A DNA stretch of 64,000 bases from Eledone cirrhosa (Eukaryota): positions 219,170,001 through 219,234,000 of the forward strand of contig OZ024742.1 of the NCBI GenBank assembly GCA_964016885.1, written 5' to 3'. The notes below the pieces were generated by a model, which did not search any database, was not told where the DNA came from, and was given only the letters and a program-made list of their open reading frames with translations. The position numbers were made by a program, and so were the translations under genes. Shown piece after piece: positions 1 through 17,000 of this stretch. Position 1 is the first letter of the stretch. Every line of letters begins with the position of its first letter.

Positions 1-216
1 TTGAGTGTCTTTGGTGGAGCTAAATCTCCAATTTGAAGATAACTGCCGTCCTTTTTTTCTACCAGTTGTGGAACCCTAAAGAAAAAAAATAAAATCTTAC
101 AGGTGCAGCCCTTCCCTTCTAAATTAAATGTTAAAAAAAATAAGAAATGGTGTGAATCGTCTGATTTATTGATATTGTTTCATTTTATCTCATTTTTATT
201 TGTTTTGCCTTTCTAG

Positions 217-6133
<5,917 letters not shown>

Positions 6134-6263
6134 AACACTTCTTAATTAGGAATATTCTTCATTTTTTTAAATTAATTATATAAGCAGCCAGCCAGCCAGT
6201 CAACCAGCAACTAGCCAAACAAACAAAACAAAATTATATTTATAAAGATGAAAGAAAGAACGC

Positions 6264-6269
6264 AATAAA
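6264..6269 (+). promoter_or_regulatory. Candidate polyadenylation signal of the PKG gene
   Basis: First AATAAA ~130 nt after the stop codon; further AATAAA hexamers follow in the AT-rich 3' UTR. Confidence 0.4.
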
Positions 6270-6577
6270 CATTGAAATTAAAAATCAATATTGTAGGGTT
6301 TGTCCCTTACAATAGCTGGTCAATAGTTACAAAGACAATGTCTTCTTTTTTTTTAAATAAAAAAGGGAAAAAAAAACCAAAAGAACGCTCCAAAATAATG
6401 ATTTTGAATACATGGGAAAAAGCATATATTTAACTATTTTAACATAAATATTTTCATAAACAGTATTTTTTCAATGCTTGGCTTCAAGTTGAAAATTTGT
6501 TACTATTTAGAGTTTTACAACTAAATAAATAATAAAGTTTTAAAACATTTTTATTGTTTTGTTGGATCTTTTTTTTA

Positions 6578-6697
6578 ATAATTGTTTCTACTTTTGGCAC
6601 AAGGCCACAATTACCGAGTGCATTACTGGTACTTTATTTTATCGACCCCGTAAGGATGAAAGGCAAAGTTAACCTCGGCAGGATTTGAACTCAGATC
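6578..6697 (-). mobile_element. 5'-truncated tRNA-derived SINE (family A)
   Basis: Reverse complement of tctgagttcaaatcc.gccgaggttaactttgcctttcatccttacggggtcgataaaataaagtaccagt..ggccttgtgccaaaagtagaaacaatta. Absent from the matching site in copy 2 (~18275). Confidence 0.85.
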
Positions 6698-6864
6698 TGT
6701 TTTCTTAATAATAAAACATGTGTAGGCTAGTCTGTGTTTGTCTGATGTGTGTGTATGTGTGTGTGTGTTGTTAAGGAGTTTGATTTAGAACTATGTAGCT
6801 CTATGTTCAATATCACTATGCCGATATTCAGAAAATATTTTTTCACTAAAACTTCAGATTGCCT

Positions 6865-9260
6865 ACAGTGATGACAAAAACCTTACAGTTAGCTGCCAAA
6901 ACCCCCTCCAAATGTTTTCAATGCCACAGGCTGGAAAAGGTAGTTAACCAACAGATCTTGGTATTTCAGAATTTTATTCTGTTCGGCTACGGAAGCTGTA
7001 GCTATCACCCTAACCGCAGTATCCAGGATCTTGGAAGAAGAAAATCAGTCACTAAATGTGACCTCGCAGATAAGACACCTGCCTCTTATAAAGAGGCGCA
7101 AGGTAAGACCGTCAGTCCTTTTCCCATCAATTCTGGACAACCCAGACAGTTCCAAAATTGAGGGAATGTTTGCCCGAGCCAAAGCTCTCTTGATGATGAA
7201 GTTTAGCTCAGTGTGACACATGAAGCGACTGAGATTCAGATGGCAAGATAGACTGTGAAGGCCTGTGGAGTCGAGGAGCCTACCACACCGATATTTCAGA
7301 CCTGTACAGACATCGGCTTCCACTCTGAGGGCAATGGAGACATGAAGATGGTCCAAGCTGAGTAGGCCACTGATGTTAGCCATGGGTAGGGCATCAACCC
7401 AATCACGAAAGTATTTGATGCTAGCAGATAATAAGCAGCACCCTGAGAACTGATCTGACTGTTCAAAGAGAGAGTCAAAGGTGGCTTTCAAATGTATGTT
7501 GTCCCAAACTCTCTGTCTCAAATTTTTCTGCCATCTTGTGAGGAACAGACAAACCCAACTCTCTCCATCATAGAAGAGCTTCATCCATCTCCCTGTTGGA
7601 ACTAGTCGATGTTGGAAAAAAGAAGGTGTTACCCACCAGGGTGGAGGAAAGGAAGCAAGGGAGAGAGAGGGACGAGCATTCACGTAGACCGAGGCCCCCA
7701 AATTGCTTGGGCAATGCAGCCTGACCACGAGACTCTGGAGAGAGTCTGACATTGATCAAGCACTCGGGTCTCTCGAAGATTAGGTTGTCAAAGCATTGGA
7801 GACATGACAAAAATCTGTGAGATGGCCTAACCCTGAGCATATATAGAAGCTTAGGAATGAATAGGTAATGAAAAAACCTTGATGGGGCTCGATTGCCTCA
7901 ATGTTCTTCAATAATTGCTCAAGGTTAACGATCTTAGATTGGAAAATTGATTTAAAAGCTCAGTCTGTAATTGGGGCTCCTAAGGAGCACCATGTTGACA
8001 GGGGGAGGGGCCACAATAGAAGGGAATGACTCTGCAAACAAGTCTATTGTCTGTTTATGTTGAGAAGCTGGGTGGTTAAGAATCCAGAGCTCACATTTGG
8101 AGCTATTGACCTGGAGACTCCGATGACCAAGCTCTTCAATCATTTTTTGCTATTTATAACCTATCTGGATGTCCCCACAAACAAGCATCAATATACCAAA
8201 CGTTTAAATCCAGCTCAACCTCCATCTTGGTGATGTCATCAATGCCCAGTGCAAACAGAGCGGGCCCAAGCGGGTCACCCTGTCGAACTCCTGAGTGAAC
8301 TGAGGACGGCATCACGGCCGATGGAATTGAAGACATATGAGGATGACTCTGGAGAACTTGGAGGGCAAGTTGGTAAAGGCTCTGGTAGCGTGGGCAGCAG
8401 CCTTACATCACAGCTTGGTACCCACCTCTAACTGGATAACGAAAAATTCCTCCGACAGTGAATCAGAGACCGATAGCAAACACAAAAAATCGACGAAGGG
8501 TACAACCAACCGCAATAGGGCGCAGTTCTCCATTGAATCCGAATAGTTTCGCACCGAAGAACAATGGACAGATATAGGGGAAAACATTCTCTGAAGGGGA
8601 CTGATTCTCAAACTGAGTCAGACTCTCCAAGAGCTTAAGTCCGGCATCACCAGCCAATAAGAAGATACCCTCCTTGAGGTACCAAGGTTGTAGACCGTCA
8701 ATCATAACCATCGGGGAAGGATGCAATCACCTTTCTGATGTTATCAGTAGTGTAGACGAGTCTTGAGTATTCTGGTGGTTTGAGCTGGAGTAGCTGGTCA
8801 TCCGGAGAGGCCGATGGGCACTTCTCTTTCAGCTGCTTATTAATGCCGATGCTCATGTGGTAGCTTTGGCGACACAGATGACATTTGATTGTCTTCAGGT
8901 ACCGACTTATGCGGGCACAGAGAGATAGCTACCGACGGTAGAAGGTCAACATTGGAATTTGAGCAAGGGAGTGGTAGGAGTGAACTAGCAATAAAGGCAT
9001 GGTAAACAGCATTATCTGTAACGGTGGGAGTCTAACGGAGGTTAGGCAATGCTGGGGGTGGGCTAGCTGTTATAGGAGTGGTGGGGTTGAGCAGGGTTAG
9101 TTCCATTCGAATGCAACGGTGGACAGAAGGGGTGATAGGAGACAAGTTAGCTTCTCTCGTGTGTGCCAAAGTTGGTGGAGAATGAGAGGTCGAAGGCCGA
9201 TCTGTTGTCACAAAGTCATTCAACCATGCAGGTCTCTGAGTCGCTCGACGCATGCCTCCA
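6865..9260 (-). mobile_element. Decayed CRE-like non-LTR retrotransposon (RT + CCHC + restriction-like endonuclease), copy 1
   Basis: Frameshifted pieces LRPIAVGCTLRR, SGVRQGDPLGPALFALGID, LDLNVWY.D, LPKQFGGLGL, YRCGRLLDSTGLHSLSC..HTELNFIIKRAL, GLSRIDGKRTDGLT (RPDG-type RLE). Confidence 0.8.
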
Positions 9261-10929
9261 CCAGCTAAAGTCGATTAAGTTTAAGTGATCGCAACTTTAT
9301 TTATCAGCAACAGCCAGTGATAATCCGGCCAGAACATCGGACAGCTAACGGGGCATGCGAAGACAGGTGGTTCGTGCGCGAGGTCGAAGTTAGGAGTAAG
9401 CGGATGAAAAGAGAAAAAGTGGAAAAGCGAAACGAGGAGGGAAACAAAGGAAATTAAAAGGGGGATCGAATTGTGTGTGTGTGTGTGTGTGGAGATGAGT
9501 GTGGCCTTGTGAAAAGCAGATAAATACAATGGAAAAAAAAAACCAATGAACATGTAAAGAGATAGGTAAAACATTAGGAGAAGCAAGGGAGCAGGGGGTT
9601 CATTTCCCTCCCCTAATTTTTGAAGAAAAGAGAGAGGACAAATGTGTTTGTGTATGTTTTCACAGAGGCGAATCAATTCAATAATTGTAAAGACAGTGCA
9701 AAAAAACAAAAAAGTGGTGATATTAAAACATTGAAGAGAGGAAGTTAAAACTGAAAAAATAATTTTGAGATGTACCAAATACGAGGTGAGGTCGTAGACA
9801 AAATTATGATAATACAGAATATATTTGGCAGGTCAAAAAACAAGAGAAGTTACTACGTTGATTTATCAATAATTATTTAATGCAAGGGAGATAACTGGAA
9901 TAAACGTAAGTTACACAAAACTTAAACACACATACACACACATATATATTCAAAAGTACTAAAGGAAAATCAATCTTTTTTCAATAAAAAATAGTTTTTA
10001 ATCGCTTACAAATGTTTCAGGCAAACTATAACATCGGTTCATTTAAATGCTGTATGAACGTTACTTGTTTTCGTTGTTGAAAAACTTAAAGCGAGTCTCA
10101 AATCACAATCTGCCCTCTTCAGAGTGACAACAAAATCTATTTCAATGATTAGTGACATAAACTACTTTTTCTCTTAAGCATTGGACATCTCAGAACATTT
10201 ATCATAATAGGACCCAACAGAAAATAAATTAGAAAAACATTTTTTCTGGGTTTTGTTGAATTTATGAATTGTCTTTCTTTATCGTTCAGTTACAGTATGT
10301 ATGAGTCGATGAAATAAAGTACTAGCAATGCACTGGCGTCGATTTAATAGACATTCCCCTTCCCCAAAAGTGTTGGCCTTTCAGTGAAGCGGAGAACAGG
10401 ACCTGCACATCAGGGGTAGATCGCTCTTTCTTACGTTTGTCATTTAATAAATAATTCAACAAATCAGTTTGTTCTTATTTTGCATATAGTTTAACTAAAG
10501 CTACAATACCATTAAAAGGACAAGATATGCATGGCTGTAACACAGGATTAAACAATAATTCTGCCATAAGATATATTCTGTTGTGGTTTAGCCCTGATCA
10601 GGCAGACCTTAAAATGTGGATCCTGCCAGAAGCAACCATCTCTAATCGATCTGGTTGGATCCCCAAGGGTGTACAGGAATGCATTATCTAATGAGTCTTC
10701 TTTTGTTTGGGTTTTTATTTTCTTTCAAGATGTGATTTATAAGAGATTTGGCTGTTATTTCTAACAGGTCAAGTTTTCACTTACATCATCAAATCTTGTA
10801 GTCTATTTCTTTAATAAGCACTGTCACACCACTGAAGACTTCGGTTTGGGATTCGCCAGTGCTTACTGGCAAGTAAACCAACTATTAAAATAAATATAGA
10901 AGTCTCTGAATATTTTAAGCACTTCAAGC

Positions 10930-11310
10930 ATAAGACTCTGCAAATCTAAAACTTGCTCTTGGGCAAGGTTCTCTTGCCAATACACTTCAGGTGGATCCAC
11001 TGAAGACAACTGTCACGGAGTACAGAATCCATGTTGTTCAAGTCACACAACTGCTGTGCTGACGATCTCAAGGCTCCCTCACATGTTCCAAAGCCTGCCA
11101 ACAATCTGGATCAAAATATCTGTAGATCTTCTGGATTGACACATTTTCATCCAGACATCCTGTTGGTATTGCAGAAGGATTTTGTTCCACAGTATCTTCA
11201 GAGAGAAGTTCCCCCCACATAGTATGAATGGCATCTTTATCAGTGACAAAGTAGCCAAGTATCTGTAGATCCCTGTTACTGGATGATTTCCTAATGAATG
11301 GAGTTGGCTT
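10930..11310 (-). pseudogene. Decayed C-terminal part of the MULE transposase ('LDENV' region + PHD finger) behind the 371-aa ORF, copy 1
   Basis: The +1 frame after the stop reads KPTPFIRKSSSNRDLQILGYFVTDKDAIHTMWGELLSEDTVEQNPSAIPTGCLDENVSIQKIYRYFDPDCWQALEHVREP*. Further on: SVL(R/C)DSCLQWIHLKCIGKRTLPKSKF*ICRVLC, a PHD-like Cys/His pattern with W changed to stop. Confidence 0.7.
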
Positions 11311-11311
11311 A

Positions 11312-12427
11312 TCAAGTATTGATTTTTTTCTTGGGAAGTTCTGTGACAGTACGATTTGACCCTTTGGGTTTACCCCTTTTCTTTGATTTTGGAGGCAAAG
11401 TGGTATTGTCCAAGATAAGATCAGCAGTTTCTAGAAATGCACATGGCTCTAGAGCTGTAGGTGATTCTGGTTCTTGTTTGATTGCAGATAGTTCTATATC
11501 AGTAGGAGTTTGCTGATCATTCTGTAAATCCGGCAAAACATCCTGTGTTGTGTACCCTGTCAAGTTAAGGTCATGGTAAATTGACATGTTAGTTGGTGGT
11601 GGATCCTGCACAAAAACTCCTATAATTTCTGCCTGTTTTCCTGCTTCCCATATCTTTCTTAACTTTTCTAACACACAAAGTCTTTCCTCATAGTGTTCGC
11701 CACACTCTGAAGCTAAGGAAGCCAGTTTCTGTCCAACTAGTAAAGCCCTCATGTATTTGTCATCTGCAGTCAGGTGACATCTAGGGGTGAGACTGACACT
11801 TGGCTGTTCAGAAATGCTGCCAGCTAGAGGCTTAAACATCTGGTGACCTGTCATGTAGTTCTGCATAGTCCAACTTTTAGCTTCTGTGGATGGTTTGGAC
11901 ATGGCAGTAGTGGCAATGTTGTGAATGTCCTTCATGAGCAGGGGTTTGCCTGTGGTCTCAGTGAGTTGTTGACAAACCATCTTCTTGTTGCTCGTAACCT
12001 TTAGCATTTCAGCTGCTCTGTCTTTGTCAGACTGGTCTAGGCGTCTTTGTGCTGGCAAGAGGTTGTACAGTGGCTCGGATACCTTATGGTTGTGATCACT
12101 AACGTACTTTGTGAGGACTAAGCTCTGTCCATCTTCACTGGATCTCAATTTCAGCTGGAATGGGCAGTTAACCTTGAATGTAGATTGGTTTGGTCGTTGG
12201 CCTTGGGATCTACTTATATATCTTCTGCCACCATGCACACAGGAGTACCACAGCTCATAGTACTTGATGTCAGGATTGAACTTGCGATTCGGCATTCTCT
12301 TCCGAGCTGCAGCAATTGTTCTACTGTCTCTTTTCCACAACTGCACGTAGTTGGTGGACTGGTAAATTTTCAGTATTTCTTCTAATTCAAAAAATGAACT
12401 GAAAGTATCTCCAACACCGAGTTCCAT
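11312..12427 (-). CDS. 371-aa MULE-transposase-derived protein (ZSWIM3 N-terminal/FAR1-like Zn DNA-binding domain, no catalytic core), paralog 1
   Basis: Intact single-exon ORF with a gccATGG Kozak context. Motifs: YSCVHGG..C(P)FQLKL..HNH Zn motif, QRRL, KDIHNI, KSWT..NY..HQMF, QKLASLASE..ERLCVLEKL..W, IKQEPESP, KKRGKPKG. Confidence 0.85.
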   Translation of the reverse strand: MELGVGDTFSSFFELEEILKIYQSTNYVQLWKRDSRTIAAARKRMPNRKFNPDIKYYELWYSCVHGGRRYISRSQGQRPNQSTFKVNCPFQLKLRSSEDGQSLVLTKYVSDHNHKVSEPLYNLLPAQRRLDQSDKDRAAEMLKVTSNKKMVCQQLTETTGKPLLMKDIHNIATTAMSKPSTEAKSWTMQNYMTGHQMFKPLAGSISEQPSVSLTPRCHLTADDKYMRALLVGQKLASLASECGEHYEERLCVLEKLRKIWEAGKQAEIIGVFVQDPPPTNMSIYHDLNLTGYTTQDVLPDLQNDQQTPTDIELSAIKQEPESPTALEPCAFLETADLILDNTTLPPKSKKRGKPKGSNRTVTELPKKKINT

Positions 12428-13073
12428 GGCTATACTGAATGGATGTTGTTACGGTTGAGAATTTTTATAATCGGAGATTTGGTTATTTCACCGGTAACTT
12501 AAGAATTTTAGCAGAAAATCAAATATTTACCTTATCCTTGTGTAATTAATACCTGTGATTAACTCTCCCGCCTAAAGACTGTAGTCACTCCTAGGGTTCT
12601 AAAACACTATATTTAGCGGTAAAATAAGCTTAAAAAGCATCTTTGTCTATTTTACCGGGTCGGGCTAGAGTTGCGGCCCTTTATGGTCTCTAGTAAAATA
12701 AGCTTAAAAAACATTTTTGTCTTTTTTTCCGCACCGGCTAAGTAGCCTATTCCTTAATTCCAAGCAAGTTTTTTTTACTATTTACAGATATCGGAAAAAT
12801 ATAAAATAAAATAAAAAAAATATCCGCTACACAATATTTTGCCGTTGGGACATCAATATTGAAAACACCGTTTTACCGTAAACGAAAATGTTTTTCTTTT
12901 TAGTAATATTTACTATGATTCAATCTTGCGACATTTGAAACTTATATTTATCCCTATATGATATATATTTATTGTTATTATTTTTAGTATGTATTTATAT
13001 ATATTTATTACCATTATATCTCTTGTTTGTAAATACAACATACACATTACGATTATTCCAGTTTGCGATAGCT
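12428..13073. promoter_or_regulatory. Candidate bidirectional promoter between the MULE-derived gene and the USP39 fragment, copy 1
   Basis: Divergent ATGs at 12427(-) and 13074(+); two ~56-bp direct repeats (12618-12674, 12692-12746); possible 5' UTR intron 12435-12530(-). Confidence 0.55.
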
Positions 13074-14129
13074 ATGGCTGATCAAGTCAACGGTAAACAT
13101 CTTCTTGAGAAAACTTCTACTGCAAATGGTATAGTATAGTTAAGTAACTCCTGAGGGAGACGTAGGGGCACGATATTGACATAGCGTTTCTTAGACATTT
13201 TAAAAACCTGTGGCGCTCTTCCCTCGCCAGGTCTGAACACAGCTTATTTCTTCCAGAGAAGGATAGAGTAAGAGAGGGGAAATGAGAATGAGATACAGGG
13301 GAAAAAAATCGAACCTAGTACTGGACAGGTACTTTTTTTTTTATCGACCTCGACAGAAGAAAAGGCAAAGTTGACCTCCGTGGTATTTGAACTCAGAGAG
13401 CAGAGAGCCGGAACAAATACGGCAAAGCATTCTATCCGACATTCTAACAATCCTGCCAATTCATTGCCTTCTATGTATGATAACCAACATTTAACTAAAA
13501 GAAATTAAGTTAATGAAGGAACCTCTACATGGTTGCTCAACCTACTTAATAAAGCAAGTTAATCCCCTTCAAATCCCACCCAATTCTCTTTAAAAAGAAA
13601 GCAAAGTAATTTGATATTTTAAATACATTAAATCTGAAAAATAAGATGGTGTGGTCATGGTTGGAATATCTTTTGATAATAAGACTTCTTGTAACTTGAT
13701 CCTAAACAGCTTATTTAGAATTTTTAAAAACTCAACCTTTTTGTCCCACGAAGGAGTCTTTTCTTACCAGTCAAGGTGAACTTGGAAATGTGAACTTAGA
13801 AAATACAATTTTATAGTGCTACAGCATCCTGTTACATCTATTTAGTTGTTGAGCATAAACTGTCTAGGTTCATATTAGACATCATAATGCTGGTGTTAAA
13901 ATATAGACTGCCACCTTCACTGCTATTTAAACCATATCAATTTCCATTATCTCTTTATATTATATTTAAAAAAATCAATAGTATTGCTATTTAAGTTAGG
14001 AAAAAATAATATACTTTTTACTCTTTCATTTCCTTGTAGATCTGTGCTGGACTTTGATTTTGAAAAGCTATGCTCTGTTTCATTATCACATATCAATGTT
14101 TATGCCTGTTTGTGGTAAATACTTCCAAG
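13074..14129 (+). pseudogene. USP39: Truncated USP39 duplicate (exon 1 stub + exon 3)
   Basis: 13074-13128 matches the first 55 nt of USP39 exon 1. A ~4.5-kb deletion then removes the rest of exon 1 and all of exon 2. Exon 3 (14040-14129) has a 5-bp deletion giving TGT TTG TGG TAA in the native frame. No later exons are present. Confidence 0.9.
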
Positions 14130-14214
14130 GTAGGTATTTTTGAAAAGATAGAATTAATTGCTTATTTTCTTACATTTCCTTTTAATTAAAGATAATTAAG
14201 GAGTGATTTTTTAC

Positions 14215-15916
14215 TGGAAAAAGGCTCACAAAAAATTTGTTTCTCACGAAAAGTCAAACACTCATAAACTTGCGACATCTAACATCCTTTTCAAAAAGAA
14301 ACAAGAAAGTACATGGTCAAACTGCAAACAAGCCCACCATGATAATCAAAATAAAGCAAGGCATACTTTGCTTAAGGTAATATCTTCTTTGAAGTATTTA
14401 GCCAAGCAAGGGTTGGCAATTCAAGGAAAGCATAGTGACAAGGGAGCTGTTAAATTTTCGATGTGAAGATGTACATGAGCTAAGAGTTTGGTGGAACAGA
14501 AATCACAGCTACACCAGTGCTGAAATCCAAAATGATATTTTAAAAACAATGAGCCATATGGTTTTGAAAGGCATAATAAAGAAACTTAACAAAGATAGTC
14601 AGGATAAGGAACAGCAGGTCATTTGTGTTCATGTAAATGATTATTTTGAAATTAAAGAGGTTTTTGGAATCTACAATATAGATAGTACAACTGGTAAATC
14701 TCTTTATCAAATGATTCTTGATGTACTTCTATGCCTTCAATTACCAATTCAAACTCTTCGATGTCAGACATGATAGTGCAGCCATATGGCAGGTAAACAT
14801 CTTGGTTGTCGAGCAGAAATAAAGAAGCATCAGCCTCTGGCCCATTACGTGCACTGCGGCATTCATATTTCTCAACTTATAGCTGAGTCCGTTCAACAAG
14901 CTTCATTTATCAAAAATGCTCTCAATTACATGAATGAATTGGGGAAACTATATAGTACATCATAGAAATTTAAGCACGTATATTTATCACAACATTATGA
15001 AGAAAATGAAGTATTGTCACTACGCTCCTTAAAACCTGTGTGCCCTACTCGATGGCTAACATGACTTTCTGCAGTCAAAGCCCTTCTTGAAAATTATTCA
15101 GATGTCCTCATTTCTTTACAAGAGGCAACAAATGAGTTTGGCACCAACATTGCATCCAGAGCTAATGGTATTCTTACGTGTCATTCTTCGGGCCAATGTG
15201 TTCTTGGATTGCATGTTAACTCTTTGAAGGATTGAACAAATCTTTTCAAAGTACCACCTTCAATCTAGGTAGCATGTTGCATAGTGTCAGACTGGTGCAG
15301 GAGGAGCTAAAAATTCTACGCAGTGAAGAAAAATTTCAGGAGCTATTCAATACAGCAGAAAAAATGATTCATCAATTCAATATTTCTCCTTTGGAGCTAC
15401 CCAAGCAACAAAAAGTTCCTAAAAGATACCAGAAAGGAAATGAGTTAAAATATCAACACTGCACTGTTTTGGATCATTACAGCAAATTTGAAAGATTATT
15501 TTTTTTCACAGGATTTAGCAAATTATGAAAAACTGAGCAATGGAAATGTTTGTGCTGAAGTGATGATGCAGTATCCAGAGCTTGATGAATTTTCTTTAAG
15601 GAACGAAATACTTTTTTATAGAAATCATCATTGTGGATCATCTCTCGAGGATCATCATAAAATATTCAGTGAAATGCAACCAGAAGTCTGGCTGCTTTTA
15701 GTGTTTCTAACCAGTTCTTGTGAAGCTGAAAGATCTTTTAACGCTCTGAGGAGACTCAACATTTGCCTGCGATCAACCGTAACTCAGCAAAGGTTGAATT
15801 ATATTCTAATATGCCATGTTTATAGAGTTGTTTTGAAAAAGATTAGTTGTGAAGAAGTTGCTAAATTATTTATTGACAGCAATGATGCGAGATATAATAC
15901 ATTTGAAAAGTTCTAA
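14215..15916 (+). mobile_element. Decayed hAT transposase (ZMYM/ZNF862-like, TTF-type finger)
   Basis: WKKAHKKFVSHEKSNTH, SSLKYLAKQGLAIQG, YTSAEIQNDIL, LRCQT*D, YVHCG.H, CPTRWL, SCEAERSFNALRRL..LRSTVTQQRLN (hAT dimerisation domain); multiple frameshifts and stops. Confidence 0.85.
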
Positions 15917-15992
15917 AAGACAAATTTACTTTATATTTTTTTTATTCAAACGTCTATGTTTTATTTTTTGTTTATTTGATATATCTATCTAT

Positions 15993-16170
15993 CTAAGGCG
16001 GGTAAAATTCCCGAGATCCATGGACGAGTTCTCTCCAGCGGTCTCTGTCCCTCATTATCGCTGCCATATCCTGCATCTCCAACAGACCAGTGTCTGTCCT
16101 TAGGGCATCAACATATGTTAACCTTGGTCTTCCTCTTCTAGTGTGTCCATGTAGGGGCTCCCAAAGCTTA
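15993..16170 (-). mobile_element. RTE-like LINE 3' fragment
   Basis: LWEPLHGHTRRGRPRLTYVDALRTDTG..MRDRDRWR followed by a (taga)n tail. Confidence 0.6.
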
Positions 16171-16319
16171 TTTTTTTTATATCTGAACTTCATTTGAATA
16201 TATAAAATTTAATTAGCATAAAATGTTGTTTATGTGATAGAGTCCGGGAAAAGCACCATCAGCAATACTAACATGCTCCTTTAAGAATCAACAAATGTTG
16301 GTTTGCCCCTCTCACATTT

Positions 16320-17000
16320 TTAAGGCAAACGAGGCCCCTGCAAACAATAGAAAGTTAGTTAAAGGAAAACGATCTCCACATAAACCAAAAAAGAGGTATA
16401 AGGATTTGTTGAAAGCCTCCTTGAAAGATGCTAACATCTCTGCTGATACATGGGAAAGCGTAACTGCTGATCGTAATAAATGGTGAAAGACTACATGAGG
16501 GGAAAGTTGCTTTTGAAGCATCTCAAATCGCATACAAGAAAGTAAAAAGGGACGTCAGGAAAAGCATTCCTGTTACATTTCCAGACAGCAAAGGTCCTCC
16601 TATGGCGCTGACATGCAGCGTCTGTGCAAGACTCTGCCCCAGCAAAGCTGGACTCAAAAGTTGTCTTCGCAGTCATAAAGTGAGACTAGTAGTTGACTAT
16701 CAGGCTGCTGTCAGAGATGCTACTCATCATACCTGTCAAGCATGCGGAAAAGAGTGTAGATCAGCAGGAGGGCTCAAACAGCGTGCAAAAGTACATGAGG
16801 TCCAACCACAGCCGACTATTGCCAGTGAATGTTTTCATCATGGATGCCAACTCTGTGCAAGACATTTTAGATCATTGGCTGGGCTAAAAAGCCACATTCG
16901 ATCACAGCACCGCTAATTATTAATATATGTGTGTCTATTTGTTTTGTTTTTTTATCGTGCAATGGCCATACTCAATTACAAGGGGGCAGCCATCATATCT
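16320..17000 (+). mobile_element. LINE (RTE-like) 3' end with three C2H2-type zinc fingers
   Basis: GKRSPHKPKKRYKDLLKASLK..TWESVTADRNKW, then CSVC..GLKSCLRSH, CQAC..GLKQRAKVH, CQLC..GLKSHIRSQH*, followed by a microsatellite tail. Confidence 0.65.

Larger units (their letters stand above)
6240..14214 (+). repeat. Segmental tandem duplication, copy 1
   Basis: Colinear with 17955-34029: PKG 3' UTR, CRE relic, 371-aa gene, shared promoter, USP39 exon 1 and exon 3. Copy-specific deletions and insertions are visible. Confidence 0.95.

Noticed and set aside
9281-9778. 165-aa hydrophobic ORF and the many 60-120-aa ORFs in the track
   Set aside because: They are low-complexity, microsatellite- or TE-antisense-derived. 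This ORF is not preserved in the duplicate copy.
10946-10948. TAG in the PHD relic rescued to Trp by A-to-I editing
   Set aside because: Upstream frameshifts and stops already separate the PHD from the ORF in both copies.
11312-12427. Active MULE transposase or true ZSWIM3 ortholog
   Set aside because: No DDE core, no SWIM CxCxnCxH motif and no TIRs are visible, so no gene symbol is assigned.
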